In this document: piece by piece, positions 11,573-21,094 of the stretch
How the letters are laid out: each line of letters starts with the position of its first letter
Position numbering within the stretch: the first letter of the stretch is position 1
Source of the DNA: an uncultured cyanobacterium
Lineage (GTDB): Bacteria > Cyanobacteriota > Cyanobacteriia > Cyanobacteriales > CAWUOF01
Reading direction: 5' to 3'
NCBI GenBank assembly: GCA_963744145.1
Contig: CAVUSO010000001.1
Coordinates: forward strand, 3,424,001-3,488,000
Length of the DNA stretch: 64,000 nt
Made by a program: the position numbers and the translations under genes
Notes under the pieces: model-generated
Told to the model about the DNA's origin: nothing
The model's database searches: none
What the model saw: only the letters and a program-made list of their open reading frames with translations

Positions 11573-11606
11573 AAGGTAGGGACAATTTATAAATTATCCC
11601 TACCTT
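11573..11606. terminator. Stem-loop downstream of dps
   Basis: Inverted repeat aaggtaggga...tccctacctt. Confidence 0.55.
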
Positions 11607-11649
11607 AAATTTTAGTTTACCTTAAGTAGATTGTGATGATGAATTGAGA

Positions 11650-12120
11650 TTAAGATTCTAGTAAGCTTCTCAGCATCCAGGCATTTTTCTCATGTAATTG
11701 CATCCGTTGAGTGAGTAAATCTGCTGTGGGTTCATCATTAACTTTTTCAACCGCAGGGAAGAGCGAACGTGCAGTCCGTACTACCGCTTCTTGTCCTTCG
11801 ACGAGCAGACGAATCATTTCTTCAGCTTTGGGAACTCCTGTGGTTTCTGGAATTGAACTCAGTTGTACAAAGTCCGTGTAAGTACCAGGTGCAGGAAATC
11901 CTAAAGCACGAATACGTTCTGCAATTAAGTCTACACCTAAAGCTAATTCTGTATATTGGGTTTCAAACATTAAGTGCAATGTTTGGAACATCGGTCCAGT
12001 TACATTCCAATGGAAGTTGTGAGTTTTGAGGTATAGACTGTAGGTGTCAGCAAGAAGTCGGGACAAACCTTCCGCTATTTCCGCTCGATCTTTCTGATCA
12101 ATTCCGATGTTAACTTTCAT
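11650..12120 (-). CDS. dps: Dps family DNA starvation/stationary phase protection protein
   Basis: Motifs [23 protein letters not shown] and HEKNAWML. Confidence 0.95.
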   Translation of the reverse strand: MKVNIGIDQKDRAEIAEGLSRLLADTYSLYLKTHNFHWNVTGPMFQTLHLMFETQYTELALGVDLIAERIRALGFPAPGTYTDFVQLSSIPETTGVPKAEEMIRLLVEGQEAVVRTARSLFPAVEKVNDEPTADLLTQRMQLHEKNAWMLRSLLES

Positions 12121-12392
12121 GTTTGTCTTTGGATAAACTTTGAGCAGATGATTACTAGGTAAATCATAGTCGTTATGACTTTATTTTGCCAAAGGAGGTA
12201 TGACAGAAACCAGTTTCCGACCAAAGACTATAGTAAAATATCTGAATCATAATGCAGAAGTGGATTTTTTGGTAAATTTATTGGTAAATGGTTAGAGCGA
12301 ACGAGTGATCGCTCACCCGAGGGGAAAAGATCTCAGAAAAATAAACCATCGGTCGATCAAAGTTAGGAATCAGAAGTAGCTAAAATAGCTAT

Positions 12393-15300
12393 ATGTCCCA
12401 AATCAATCCACATTCTCAGTCATTAACCGACCAGTCCTTACTGGTCGAGCGACCAACAATTATCTTAATTGATGGTCATTCGTTAGCTTTTCGCTCCTAT
12501 TACGCTTTTGCTAAAAGTGGAAAGGGAGGTTTACGGACTAAAACGGGAATACCCACCAGTGTTTGTTTTGGGTTTCTCAAATCACTTCTGGAAGTAATGA
12601 CAGCTTATCATCCGCAATATTTAGCGATCGCGTTTGATTTGGGGTTACCAACATTTCGTCATGAAGCTGATGATACCTATAAAGCCGATCGAGTTGATAC
12701 TCCGGAAGACTTTATTATTGATTTAGAAAACCTCCAGGAATTACTGAGTGGTTTGAATTTACCGATTTTTACTGCTCCAGGTTACGAAGCAGATGATATT
12801 TTGGGAACATTAGCACAAAGAGCAAGTAGTGCTGGGTATATTGTCAAAATCCTGACAGGTGATCAAGATTTATTCCAACTGGTCGATCGGGAAAAAAATA
12901 TTATAGTTTTACGTTTGGGTAGAGACGCATTTGGACGTTCTGGGACAGGAATTGCTCAAGAATATGGACCAGAAGAAGTTAAGGAAAAATTGGGAATAGC
13001 ACCCACCCAAGTAGTTGATTATAAAGCACTTTGTGGTGACCCATCTGATCAGATTCCGGGAGTGAAGGGAATTGGTGAAAAAACCGCAGTACAATTATTA
13101 ACCACCTACTCTTCCCTAGATGGAATTTATGGAGCGATCGATCAGATTAAGGGAGCTGTAAAACAGAAGTTGATTAACGGAAAAGATAGTGCTTATCATT
13201 CTCAATATTTAGCCAAAATTGTGGTAGATATACCCTTAGATATTGAGTTAGCAGATTGTTACCTTCAGGGTTTCGATAGTGCTGCTTTAATTCCGGTTTT
13301 GGAAAAGTTAGAGTTTAAACACTTTTTAAAACAAATTAACCAGCTACAGCAGAAATTTGGTGGAAATGTATCTGTTCCTCCAGGGGAGGATAATCCAGTT
13401 GTTCCAGTAAAAGATCAGGGAAAATCTCTAGCTGCTCTAGACAATAGTGCAGAAAATCCAGTTTCTACTGGAGAAAATAGTAGTAGTCAGGTAAAAAATC
13501 TAGACTCATCTAATAACATTCAACTGGAGTTATTTTCCGTTGAAACTCAACAGGAAATCGAATCATTACCACTAGAAATGGTAAATATTCCAGGGAATGT
13601 ACCAATTAAACCGCAAATAATTGATACAGAAGAAAAGTTAATTAAATTAGTGAAAATTTTAGAGACTTGTACTGATCCTAATACTCCGGTAGCTTGGGAT
13701 ACAGAAACAACTAATTTAAAACCCCGTGATGCAAAATTAGTTGGGATTGGTTGTTGTTGGGGAGCAGGAATTGAGGATGTTGCTTATATTCCCATGAATC
13801 ACAAGGGAGAAGGAAATTTAGAGGAACAAATTGTATTAGCAAGATTACGGGGAATTTTAGAAAGTCCCAGGTATCCCAAGGTGTTGCAAAATGCTAAATT
13901 CGATCGGTTGATATTTCGCTGTCAGGGAATTAAGTTAGATGGAGTGGTATTTGATACCATGTTAGCAAGTTATGTGATCAATCCAGAACAAACTCATAAT
14001 CTCGCTGACTTATCTCAGCGTTATCTTTCAGGGGTTGAATCACAAAGTTATGAATCGTTAAATATACCGAAGGGGAGAAATATTGCTGATGTCGATATTG
14101 CGACGGTAGCAAATTATTGTGGGATGGATGTTTATCCGACTTTTCTCTTAGTGTCTAAATTACGAGCAGAAATAGAACATAGTGATCAACTGACAGAAGT
14201 GTTAAAATTAGAAATAGCATTAGAACCTGTGTTAGCTGAGATGGAATATACTGGGATAAGGATTGATGTTGCTTATTTACAAGAATTGTCCCAATCTTGG
14301 TCAGCAGAATTACAACAGCTAGAACAAGAAGCTCATCAAATTGCAGGAGAAAAGTTTAATTTAGGTTCCCCCAAACAGTTAAGTCGAATTTTATTTGATC
14401 AACTTAAGTTACCAACTAGCAAATCTCGCAAGATTAAAACTGGTTGGTCTACTGATGTGGTAGTTTTAGAAAAATTACAAGGAGAACATCCAATTATTGA
14501 TGTAATTTTAAAACATCGGACTTACTCGAAGTTAAAATCTACTTATGTGGATGCTTTACCAGAGATGGTACACCCAGATACAGGAAGAGTACATACGGAT
14601 TTTAATCAGACAGTTACAGGGACAGGAAGATTATCTTCTTCTAATCCAAATTTGCAAAATATTCCCATTCGGACTGATTTTTCCCGTCGGATTCGGAAAG
14701 CGTTTTTACCTGAGTCCAATTGGTTATTAGTCTCGGTTGACTATTCTCAAATTGAATTGCGTATTTTAGCACATTTGAGTCAAGAACCAGTATTAATTGA
14801 TGCTTATAATCAGAATCAGGATGTCCATACCGTGACAGCTAAATTGTTGTTTGAAAAGGATACAATTACTCCGGACGAAAGACGTTTTGGTAAGACCATT
14901 AATTTTGGGGTCATCTATGGAATGGGTGCAGCAAAATTTGCTCGTTCGGTCGGGACTAATCAGAAAGAAGGAAAGGAGTTTATTGATAAATTTTATCAGC
15001 GTTATGCTCAAGTATTTGCTTATTTAGAGCGGGTGAAAAAAGAAGCGATCGCACAAGGTTATGTAGAGACTATTTTAGGTCGTCGTCGTTATTTTAATTT
15101 TGAGAGTTCGACTCTAAGGAGACTTAAAAATCATCAACCTGAAGATATTAATCTCAACAATTTACCCCATTTGGGTCAAAATGATGCACAATTATTACGA
15201 GCTGCTGCTAATGCACCGATTCAAGGCTCAAGTGCTGATATTATTAAGTTAGCGATGGTAAAATTACAGGAAATTTTGCCAAATTATCGAGCGAGGTTGT

Positions 15301-15458
15301 TGTTACAAGTACATGATGAGTTAATTTTTGAAATTCCACCTAATGAATGGGATAATTTGCAACCGAAAATTAGGTCAGTGATGGAAAATGCGGTAGAGTT
15401 AAGTATTCCTTTGGTAGTAGATATCCATGTGGGTCAAAATTGGATGGAGACCAAATAA
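12393..15458 (+). CDS. polA: DNA polymerase I
   Basis: 5'-3' exonuclease motifs (IDGHSLAFR, YEADD), 3'-5' exonuclease motif (DTETT) and polymerase motifs (DYSQIELR, KTINFGVIYG, QVHDEL). Confidence 0.98.
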   Translation: MSQINPHSQSLTDQSLLVERPTIILIDGHSLAFRSYYAFAKSGKGGLRTKTGIPTSVCFGFLKSLLEVMTAYHPQYLAIAFDLGLPTFRHEADDTYKADRVDTPEDFIIDLENLQELLSGLNLPIFTAPGYEADDILGTLAQRASSAGYIVKILTGDQDLFQLVDREKNIIVLRLGRDAFGRSGTGIAQEYGPEEVKEKLGIAPTQVVDYKALCGDPSDQIPGVKGIGEKTAVQLLTTYSSLDGIYGAIDQIKGAVKQKLINGKDSAYHSQYLAKIVVDIPLDIELADCYLQGFDSAALIPVLEKLEFKHFLKQINQLQQKFGGNVSVPPGEDNPVVPVKDQGKSLAALDNSAENPVSTGENSSSQVKNLDSSNNIQLELFSVETQQEIESLPLEMVNIPGNVPIKPQIIDTEEKLIKLVKILETCTDPNTPVAWDTETTNLKPRDAKLVGIGCCWGAGIEDVAYIPMNHKGEGNLEEQIVLARLRGILESPRYPKVLQNAKFDRLIFRCQGIKLDGVVFDTMLASYVINPEQTHNLADLSQRYLSGVESQSYESLNIPKGRNIADVDIATVANYCGMDVYPTFLLVSKLRAEIEHSDQLTEVLKLEIALEPVLAEMEYTGIRIDVAYLQELSQSWSAELQQLEQEAHQIAGEKFNLGSPKQLSRILFDQLKLPTSKSRKIKTGWSTDVVVLEKLQGEHPIIDVILKHRTYSKLKSTYVDALPEMVHPDTGRVHTDFNQTVTGTGRLSSSNPNLQNIPIRTDFSRRIRKAFLPESNWLLVSVDYSQIELRILAHLSQEPVLIDAYNQNQDVHTVTAKLLFEKDTITPDERRFGKTINFGVIYGMGAAKFARSVGTNQKEGKEFIDKFYQRYAQVFAYLERVKKEAIAQGYVETILGRRRYFNFESSTLRRLKNHQPEDINLNNLPHLGQNDAQLLRAAANAPIQGSSADIIKLAMVKLQEILPNYRARLLLQVHDELIFEIPPNEWDNLQPKIRSVMENAVELSIPLVVDIHVGQNWMETK

Positions 15459-15463
15459 CCGCA

Positions 15464-17251
15464 ATGCAGATCAGTGAAATGAATGGTATGAATGATCCTC
15501 AAATTAATCCGCGAGAATTAGGTCAGCTTTATGTGGATAAAGAGTATGATCTTTTGTCAGAGCGATTTATTCAAGTTTTAGAGCATTTTGAACAGCAAAC
15601 TTACCTACTCTTAGATGATAATGCTCAGTATTTTGTGAATGTGTTTGTGAAGATATTTTTGTATTTTTTTACTGATCCTGATTATACTATTGGCGATCGC
15701 TATGTGACCAGGTTTATTCAATTAAATCTCACCATTTCTAATTTAGTAGCAATGTCTAGTTTTAAAACAACAGATGCTTATTTAGAAATCTTAAAAATGC
15801 AACAACGTAATTTTGCGAAGTTTTTAACTTTATATTCAGCTCGAAATAGTGTCAAAAGCGATCGGGAAGCTATATTTACCGCAAATCCTCAGTTAGCTTG
15901 TCTGTGGTATTCCTGTTTCTGTGAAATTTATCGGAGTGGTTTAGTTAATCAAGAAGCTTATTATAATCTCCAGGAACATCTTGCTTATGAGGATGAAAGG
16001 TTAACCGATTTCTATAATATTGAAGATGTTTATTTTGGATCTACTTATATAGATAGTGATCGAGATAAGAATCTAAAGCGAAAAATCAATCAAGCAATTC
16101 AAAAAAGTCCGTTGATTACTAATATCAAAATTGCCAATAAACCTAACCCGAAAAAAATTGCAGTTATCACCTCTCTCTGGTTTTCCCAACATTCCGTTTA
16201 CCGGACTTTATCTGAATATGTTGAATCTCTTCAAGCTGATTACGATTTAACCTTAATTTACCTAGGTGGAATCAAAAATAATTTAGATATTGGTGCTTTT
16301 AAAGCAATTAGATATATTTACTTTCAAGATGGAAAACTCAATCTAGATGCAATTTTAGACAATGACTTTTTAGTAGTTTATTATCCCGATATTGGGATGA
16401 GTCTAGAGAGTATTTTGCTATCGAATTTAAGAATAGCACCAATTCAGATTTGCGGGACAGGACATCCCGTCAGCACCTCTGGTTCAGAAATTGATTATTT
16501 TATCACTGGTGATGATGTAGAAATATCGATCGGTGCAGAAAATAATTATTCGGAAAGATTAATTTTACTACCAGGATTTGGTGCGATTCATAAACCCCCC
16601 ATTTATGAAATTAAAAATATTCCAAAAGATCCCTCACAATTTATTATCAATTGTTCCTGGTACGCTCAAAAAGTCAATTATCATTTATTGGAAAAATTAC
16701 AAAGAATTGTGCGTCAATGTAAAAAAGAAATTAGATTTAGATTTTTTTCCGGACCAGCTTTAACCCGAAAAAATGATTTCTTACCTTTTGTAAAAGAGGT
16801 AGAATCAATTTTAGGTAAAGAAAGAGTTGAGGTGATACCTGCTAAACCTTATGATGACTATATGACTTTGATGGAAGCAGGAAATATTTGTCTAGAAGCT
16901 TATCATTTTGGTGGTTCTAATACCGTTGCTGATAGTTTATATTTACGCAAAGCTACAGTAGCTTTTGAGGGAAATAAATGGTATAATCGGATTGGTGCTC
17001 AGATGTTGCGATCGGTAGGATTATCAGATTTAATTGCTCGCAACGATCACGAATATATTGCTTTAGTATTAAGACTAATCCAGGATGACTTCTATCGAGA
17101 GGGAATTGAGAAAAAATTACAGCTAGTAGACCTAAATAGTACAATTTTTAGTGCCGCTAGTAAAAATAGTTTTAAACAAGCGATCGATTTTTTAATTGCT
17201 AACCACGACCAATTAAAAATGGAAAATTCTCAACATCCCATTCGGATTTAG
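15464..17251 (+). CDS. GT41 (OGT/SPINDLY/HMW1C-like) glycosyltransferase lacking an obvious TPR array
   Basis: Motifs HSVYR, YPDIGM, RIAPIQICGTGHPVST..IDYFI, QKVN and FGGSNT. ATG at 15464 is preferred as the start. Confidence 0.7.
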   Translation: MQISEMNGMNDPQINPRELGQLYVDKEYDLLSERFIQVLEHFEQQTYLLLDDNAQYFVNVFVKIFLYFFTDPDYTIGDRYVTRFIQLNLTISNLVAMSSFKTTDAYLEILKMQQRNFAKFLTLYSARNSVKSDREAIFTANPQLACLWYSCFCEIYRSGLVNQEAYYNLQEHLAYEDERLTDFYNIEDVYFGSTYIDSDRDKNLKRKINQAIQKSPLITNIKIANKPNPKKIAVITSLWFSQHSVYRTLSEYVESLQADYDLTLIYLGGIKNNLDIGAFKAIRYIYFQDGKLNLDAILDNDFLVVYYPDIGMSLESILLSNLRIAPIQICGTGHPVSTSGSEIDYFITGDDVEISIGAENNYSERLILLPGFGAIHKPPIYEIKNIPKDPSQFIINCSWYAQKVNYHLLEKLQRIVRQCKKEIRFRFFSGPALTRKNDFLPFVKEVESILGKERVEVIPAKPYDDYMTLMEAGNICLEAYHFGGSNTVADSLYLRKATVAFEGNKWYNRIGAQMLRSVGLSDLIARNDHEYIALVLRLIQDDFYREGIEKKLQLVDLNSTIFSAASKNSFKQAIDFLIANHDQLKMENSQHPIRI

Positions 17252-17504
17252 ATAGTTGAGTAGAGAATTATATTGGGACACTATTTAGCAGCGATCGCCC
17301 AGGTCTCAGAATTGCGATCGGTCTCAGAATTGCGATCGCGACCAGCCAAAAACACCTAAACTCTATACAGACTGGATGTTTGATTGATTTTTTGATGGGG
17401 ATGGTCTTGCTGGTGGGATGGCGATTAGTACGAGAAAATGGGAAAGTTGCCTTTTAGGTGTGCTGGTAATAATAGAGGTGAATTCAGATTTGGCCGTAGA
17501 TAAA

Positions 17505-17826
17505 TTGACTTGTGGTGTTGCATCTGTTAAGGTAGCTGAAAGCATTGATTTAATTGAACCTTGACAATTTAATAGTCTTAGTTTCCTTACTGGCTGATGG
17601 CCAAATACTAGAGATGTTACCCGATCGACACACTTTTAGCTCCGATTGAAAATGCTGATTTTATCGGCTTTCTGCGGTTTTACTGCGTCGGTTGCTTATT
17701 GTGCAAGGGTTTTAAGGTTTTGCGATCGGGCTTATTGTTCAAAAATGCCTCTTATTGACAAAGGAAAAATACCTACGTCGATTTGAAGGCTGAAACCCTT
17801 TCGCTGTAAGGCTCCCTGAACGAACT
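17505..17826 (+). promoter_or_regulatory. CRISPR promoter and leader
   Basis: -35 TTGACT (17505-17510), a 17-bp spacer and -10 TAAGGT (17528-17533). A boxA-like GAACCTTGACAATTTAATA follows at 17556-17574. The region abuts the first repeat, and the degenerate repeat is at the far end of the array. Confidence 0.7.
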
Positions 17827-19483
17827 CTCTGGTTAAACAATTCCCCGCGAGGGGACGGAAACCATTAATTGCTATACACCTTTGTTAGAAGTGTCGCCTC
17901 TGGTTAAACAATTCCCCGCGAGGGGACGGAAACTTTGTACTTCCGGTCCCCGGTCTTGTGGAGACCGGAAAACTCTGGTTAAACAATTCCCCGCGAGGGG
18001 ACGGAAACGACGCTGTGCGCGCCAGACCGCTGGTCTTGGTCGCAGCTCTGGTTAAACAATTCCCCGCGAGGGGACGGAAACCTTTTTGGGCAGGATAGGC
18101 CGACCGTCTGGCCCCAACTCTGGTTAAACAATTCCCCGCGAGGGGACGGAAACTCCAAAACTTCCTGCTGCCGCTCGGGGGGAGCAGAAAAGACTCTGGT
18201 TAAACAATTCCCCGCGAGGGGACGGAAACTGCGCGTTCGCCTTGTCGCCGATACCAACAGCAACACCTCTGGTTAAACAATTCCCCGCGAGGGGACGGAA
18301 ACAGGCGGTGCCTGCATAAGCAACGGAATAAACATTCTCTGGTTAAACAATTCCCCGCGAGGGGACGGAAACCCCGCCCAACCGCTTGCGCGTCGCCAGC
18401 GCGGAACGTGCCTCTGGTTAAACAATTCCCCGCGAGGGGACGGAAACTCCTGAGGTGTTGGTGGATTGAGTCGCAGCAGTCACAATGCTCTGGTTAAACA
18501 ATTCCCCGCGAGGGGACGGAAACATATATTATTTCGACCCACGGCCCCAGCGTCCGCAGCGCGGACGTGGACTCCTCTGGTTAAACAATTCCCCGCGAGG
18601 GGACGGAAACTCAGTGCATTCGGTCTCTGCAACTTGCACCACATGCGCCGGCTCTGGTTAAACAATTCCCCGCGAGGGGACGGAAACAACATCTTTTTTC
18701 CAATAAACGACTAAATCAAAACTCTGGTTAAACAATTCCCCGCGAGGGGACGGAAACCATTAACCACCACCACTGGTGTAACAGGTGTGGTAACAGCTCT
18801 GGTTAAACAATTCCCCGCGAGGGGACGGAAACTAGCTTGTTACGTTAGCCATGTTTACCTCTTTTGTACAACTCTGGTTAAACAATTCCCCGCGAGGGGA
18901 CGGAAACGCTAGGAAACAAGAAAGCTAAAGGAGAAACAAGCCCAACTCTGGTTAAACAATTCCCCGCGAGGGGACGGAAACATGAGCACCCATGCGATCG
19001 CAATCCAATGTCTCCGCTCTGGTTAAACAATTCCCCGCGAGGGGACGGAAACTTTGCATCGCCAACAATACCAACAATACCAACACTCTGGTTAAACAAT
19101 TCCCCGCGAGGGGACGGAAACCATTTCATGGACGGCTGCCAAATCGGGATTGGGCAGAGCTCTGGTTAAACAATTCCCCGCGAGGGGACGGAAACCCTTT
19201 TCCGTAGTCAGGGCCGTATGTTACGGTCCCCTCTGGTTAAACAATTCCCCACGAGGGGACGGAAACTACTCGCGACGCAGGGAAGCCGTCCCGCAGCCTC
19301 CTCCCTCTGGTTAAACAATTCCCCGCGAGGGGACGGAAACCTCCGACACGGTCAAGTTGCCCTTACAGAATGGAGCCTCTGGTTAAACAATTCCCCGCGA
19401 GGGGACGGAAACTCTTACCAACCCACAAGTTGATTAAGTTGATTCATATTCCGTTTAATTAATTCCCCGCGAGGGGACGAAAT
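17827..19483 (+). CRISPR. CRISPR array: 22 full 36-nt repeats plus 1 degenerate terminal repeat, 22 spacers (33-51 nt)
   Basis: Repeat CTCTGGTTAAACAATTCCCCGCGAGGGGACGGAAAC, with a TCCCC/GGGGA hairpin and a 3' GAAAC end. One variant occurs at 19231 (CCCCACGAGG). The last copy (about 19448-19483) is degenerate. Confidence 0.99.
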
Positions 19484-19696
19484 AGCTAATAAAGTTTCAG
19501 GATTAGCGATCGCCACCAGCAGCAAAAATATCGCCACCAGCAGCCAGAGCGATCGCGCCTAATCAGACATTTAACTTGCAAGATGCGAGGGATCTGATCG
19601 CACTCCCAAGAAGAAAATATCTAGGAGAATGCGATCGCACTTCTAAAACTCAAAAGCAGCAGAAATAAAATTAACTTCTCTAGCTTAACGGAAACT

Positions 19697-19910
19697 TTAG
19701 TTTGAGCTTTGTTCCTTGTCTGGTGCCATTAACTCTTTCTGAGCAGCTTCAGCAATAACCCGTTTCAACCATTGATTTCGATTGGGGAGTGCGGCCACTA
19801 CCTGATAAAGTGATACAGGCAACTTAATTCCAATGACGCGCCGATCTAACGGTTCGTCACCTTCAGGACACCCATTGACCTGATATCTTATCCCGTGGTT
19901 TCCCTGCCAT
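19697..19910 (-). pseudogene. Small ribbon-helix-helix-like DNA-binding protein with an apparent 1-nt frameshift (not in the ORF track)
   Basis: ATG at 19910 gives MAGKPRDKISGQWV. The adjacent frame gives PEGDEPLDRRVIGIKLPVSLYQVVAALPNRNQWLKRVIAEAAQKELM..., a beta-alpha-alpha pattern. The 214-nt span is 71 codons plus 1 base. Confidence 0.5.
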
Positions 19911-20086
19911 TTTTTTTACTTCTAAGGTTTTCCCGATTATATCATACTAATCCCTAGTTAACCAAGTATAAGTAAAATAATAACTTTGTTAACCAAGTAT
20001 TAATTATTATCAACTAAAATAATAGCTGAAAGTATTGCTAATTCTTGGTTAACTAGGTATGATGTAAATATGTACAATCCAAGGAG

Positions 20087-20275
20087 GTGATAAAAATAAC
20101 CCAATCAAAAGATGGCAACGGGAACGGTAAAAAAGAATATGACCCTGAAGTTGTATTCCGCTATTTAGACTCTGATGTTTATATCAAGGAAAATAGCGAT
20201 GGAACCGAGGAAGTTGTCTACGAGGAAGAACTCGTAGATTCATTAGGAGGATCAGAGAAAAGCCCCGAAAATTAG
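20087..20275 (+). CDS. Small acidic hypothetical protein
   Basis: 62-aa ORF with a GTG start overlapping AAGGAGG (exact start uncertain); divergent from the RHH-like gene. Confidence 0.45.
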   Translation: MIKITQSKDGNGNGKKEYDPEVVFRYLDSDVYIKENSDGTEEVVYEEELVDSLGGSEKSPEN

Positions 20276-20392
20276 AATCGAACGTTGAAACAAATTTCCG
20301 CCCTTACAGCGGATGACCTGTTGATAAAGTACAGTAAGATTTGGCATGAATGGCGATCAGTTAAAGTCACTTGTGAGTGATCTGTGTTGGTT

Positions 20393-20640
20393 GGGCAGGT
20401 TTATGATAGTTATCTGTTTGGAGCAGAATTGATTGGTGAACCTGCCCCTACAAATCCTGGTTGATTGTGATCATAAATTCATTCACCTGCCCCTACAAAT
20501 CCTGTTAATCTTGTCATCCTCTAATCCTGATCGATTTTTCGGTGAATCCCTGTAGGGGCGGGTTCACCGTTGAATTTGCCACACACAAATAACCCTTGTG
20601 CCGAGCGCAGTCGAGGTATTAATGAACCCGCCCTGCCCCA
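20393..20640. repeat. Cluster of GTAG-type REP-like palindromes
   Basis: cctgcccctacaaatcctg occurs twice. gtaggggcgggttca...tgaacccgccc forms an inverted pair with a nested gccgagcgcagtcgagg element. Confidence 0.65.
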
Positions 20641-20734
20641 CAGATCACCTTGATGAACTTCATAAACCTGGAATAGGCTGTAGTTGTAAGCTAGGGGTCT
20701 TCTTGGATGGTATCACTTCTACTTAGAAAAATAT

Positions 20735-21064
20735 ATGGAACCTACAATTATTCACCCTCTTTACTTTCAGATTGTTGAGAAAAAAGGTAATGCTTGGCAT
20801 TTTAAATATGGTGACGTTTTTTATAATCGTACTGGCAAGATAGTTCCTGAAAAGAGTCGAGAAACTTTATTTGGAACGACAAAACATAATTTAATGGTTG
20901 AATTTTTTCGGATTAATTGTGGTAGAGACGGTTTTTATTTAGCCAACCTGCGAGATCAGAAATATTATTACTGTGGACTAGAGAGAGATGATCTCAGAGC
21001 TAAGTTTAAAGAGTTGGGCATAGGTCGGGAAGACCCTGTTGATTATTCTAGTTTACCCGATTAG
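20735..21064 (+). CDS. Hypothetical protein
   Basis: 109-aa ORF with protein-like composition (GFYLANLRDQKYYYCG); convergent with cas6. Confidence 0.65.
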   Translation: MEPTIIHPLYFQIVEKKGNAWHFKYGDVFYNRTGKIVPEKSRETLFGTTKHNLMVEFFRINCGRDGFYLANLRDQKYYYCGLERDDLRAKFKELGIGREDPVDYSSLPD

Positions 21065-21094
21065 TTGAGGTGGCGATCGCTCTCAAATAAATAT

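Noticed and set aside
17302..17340. 18-bp tandem duplication ggtctcagaattgcgatc x2
   Set aside because: Only two units beside HIP1 sites; not a mini-CRISPR and no evident function.
17363..17545. 60-aa minus-strand ORF
   Set aside because: It overlaps the CRISPR promoter and has no recognisable protein features. The homologous copy near 33250 hits an early stop.
17979..19433. Several short ORFs across the CRISPR array
   Set aside because: They are translations of repeats and spacers (FPARGRK, FPSPRGELF), not genes.
17863..19447. Self-targeting spacers within this window
   Set aside because: No protospacer match was noticed by eye; this was not tested computationally.
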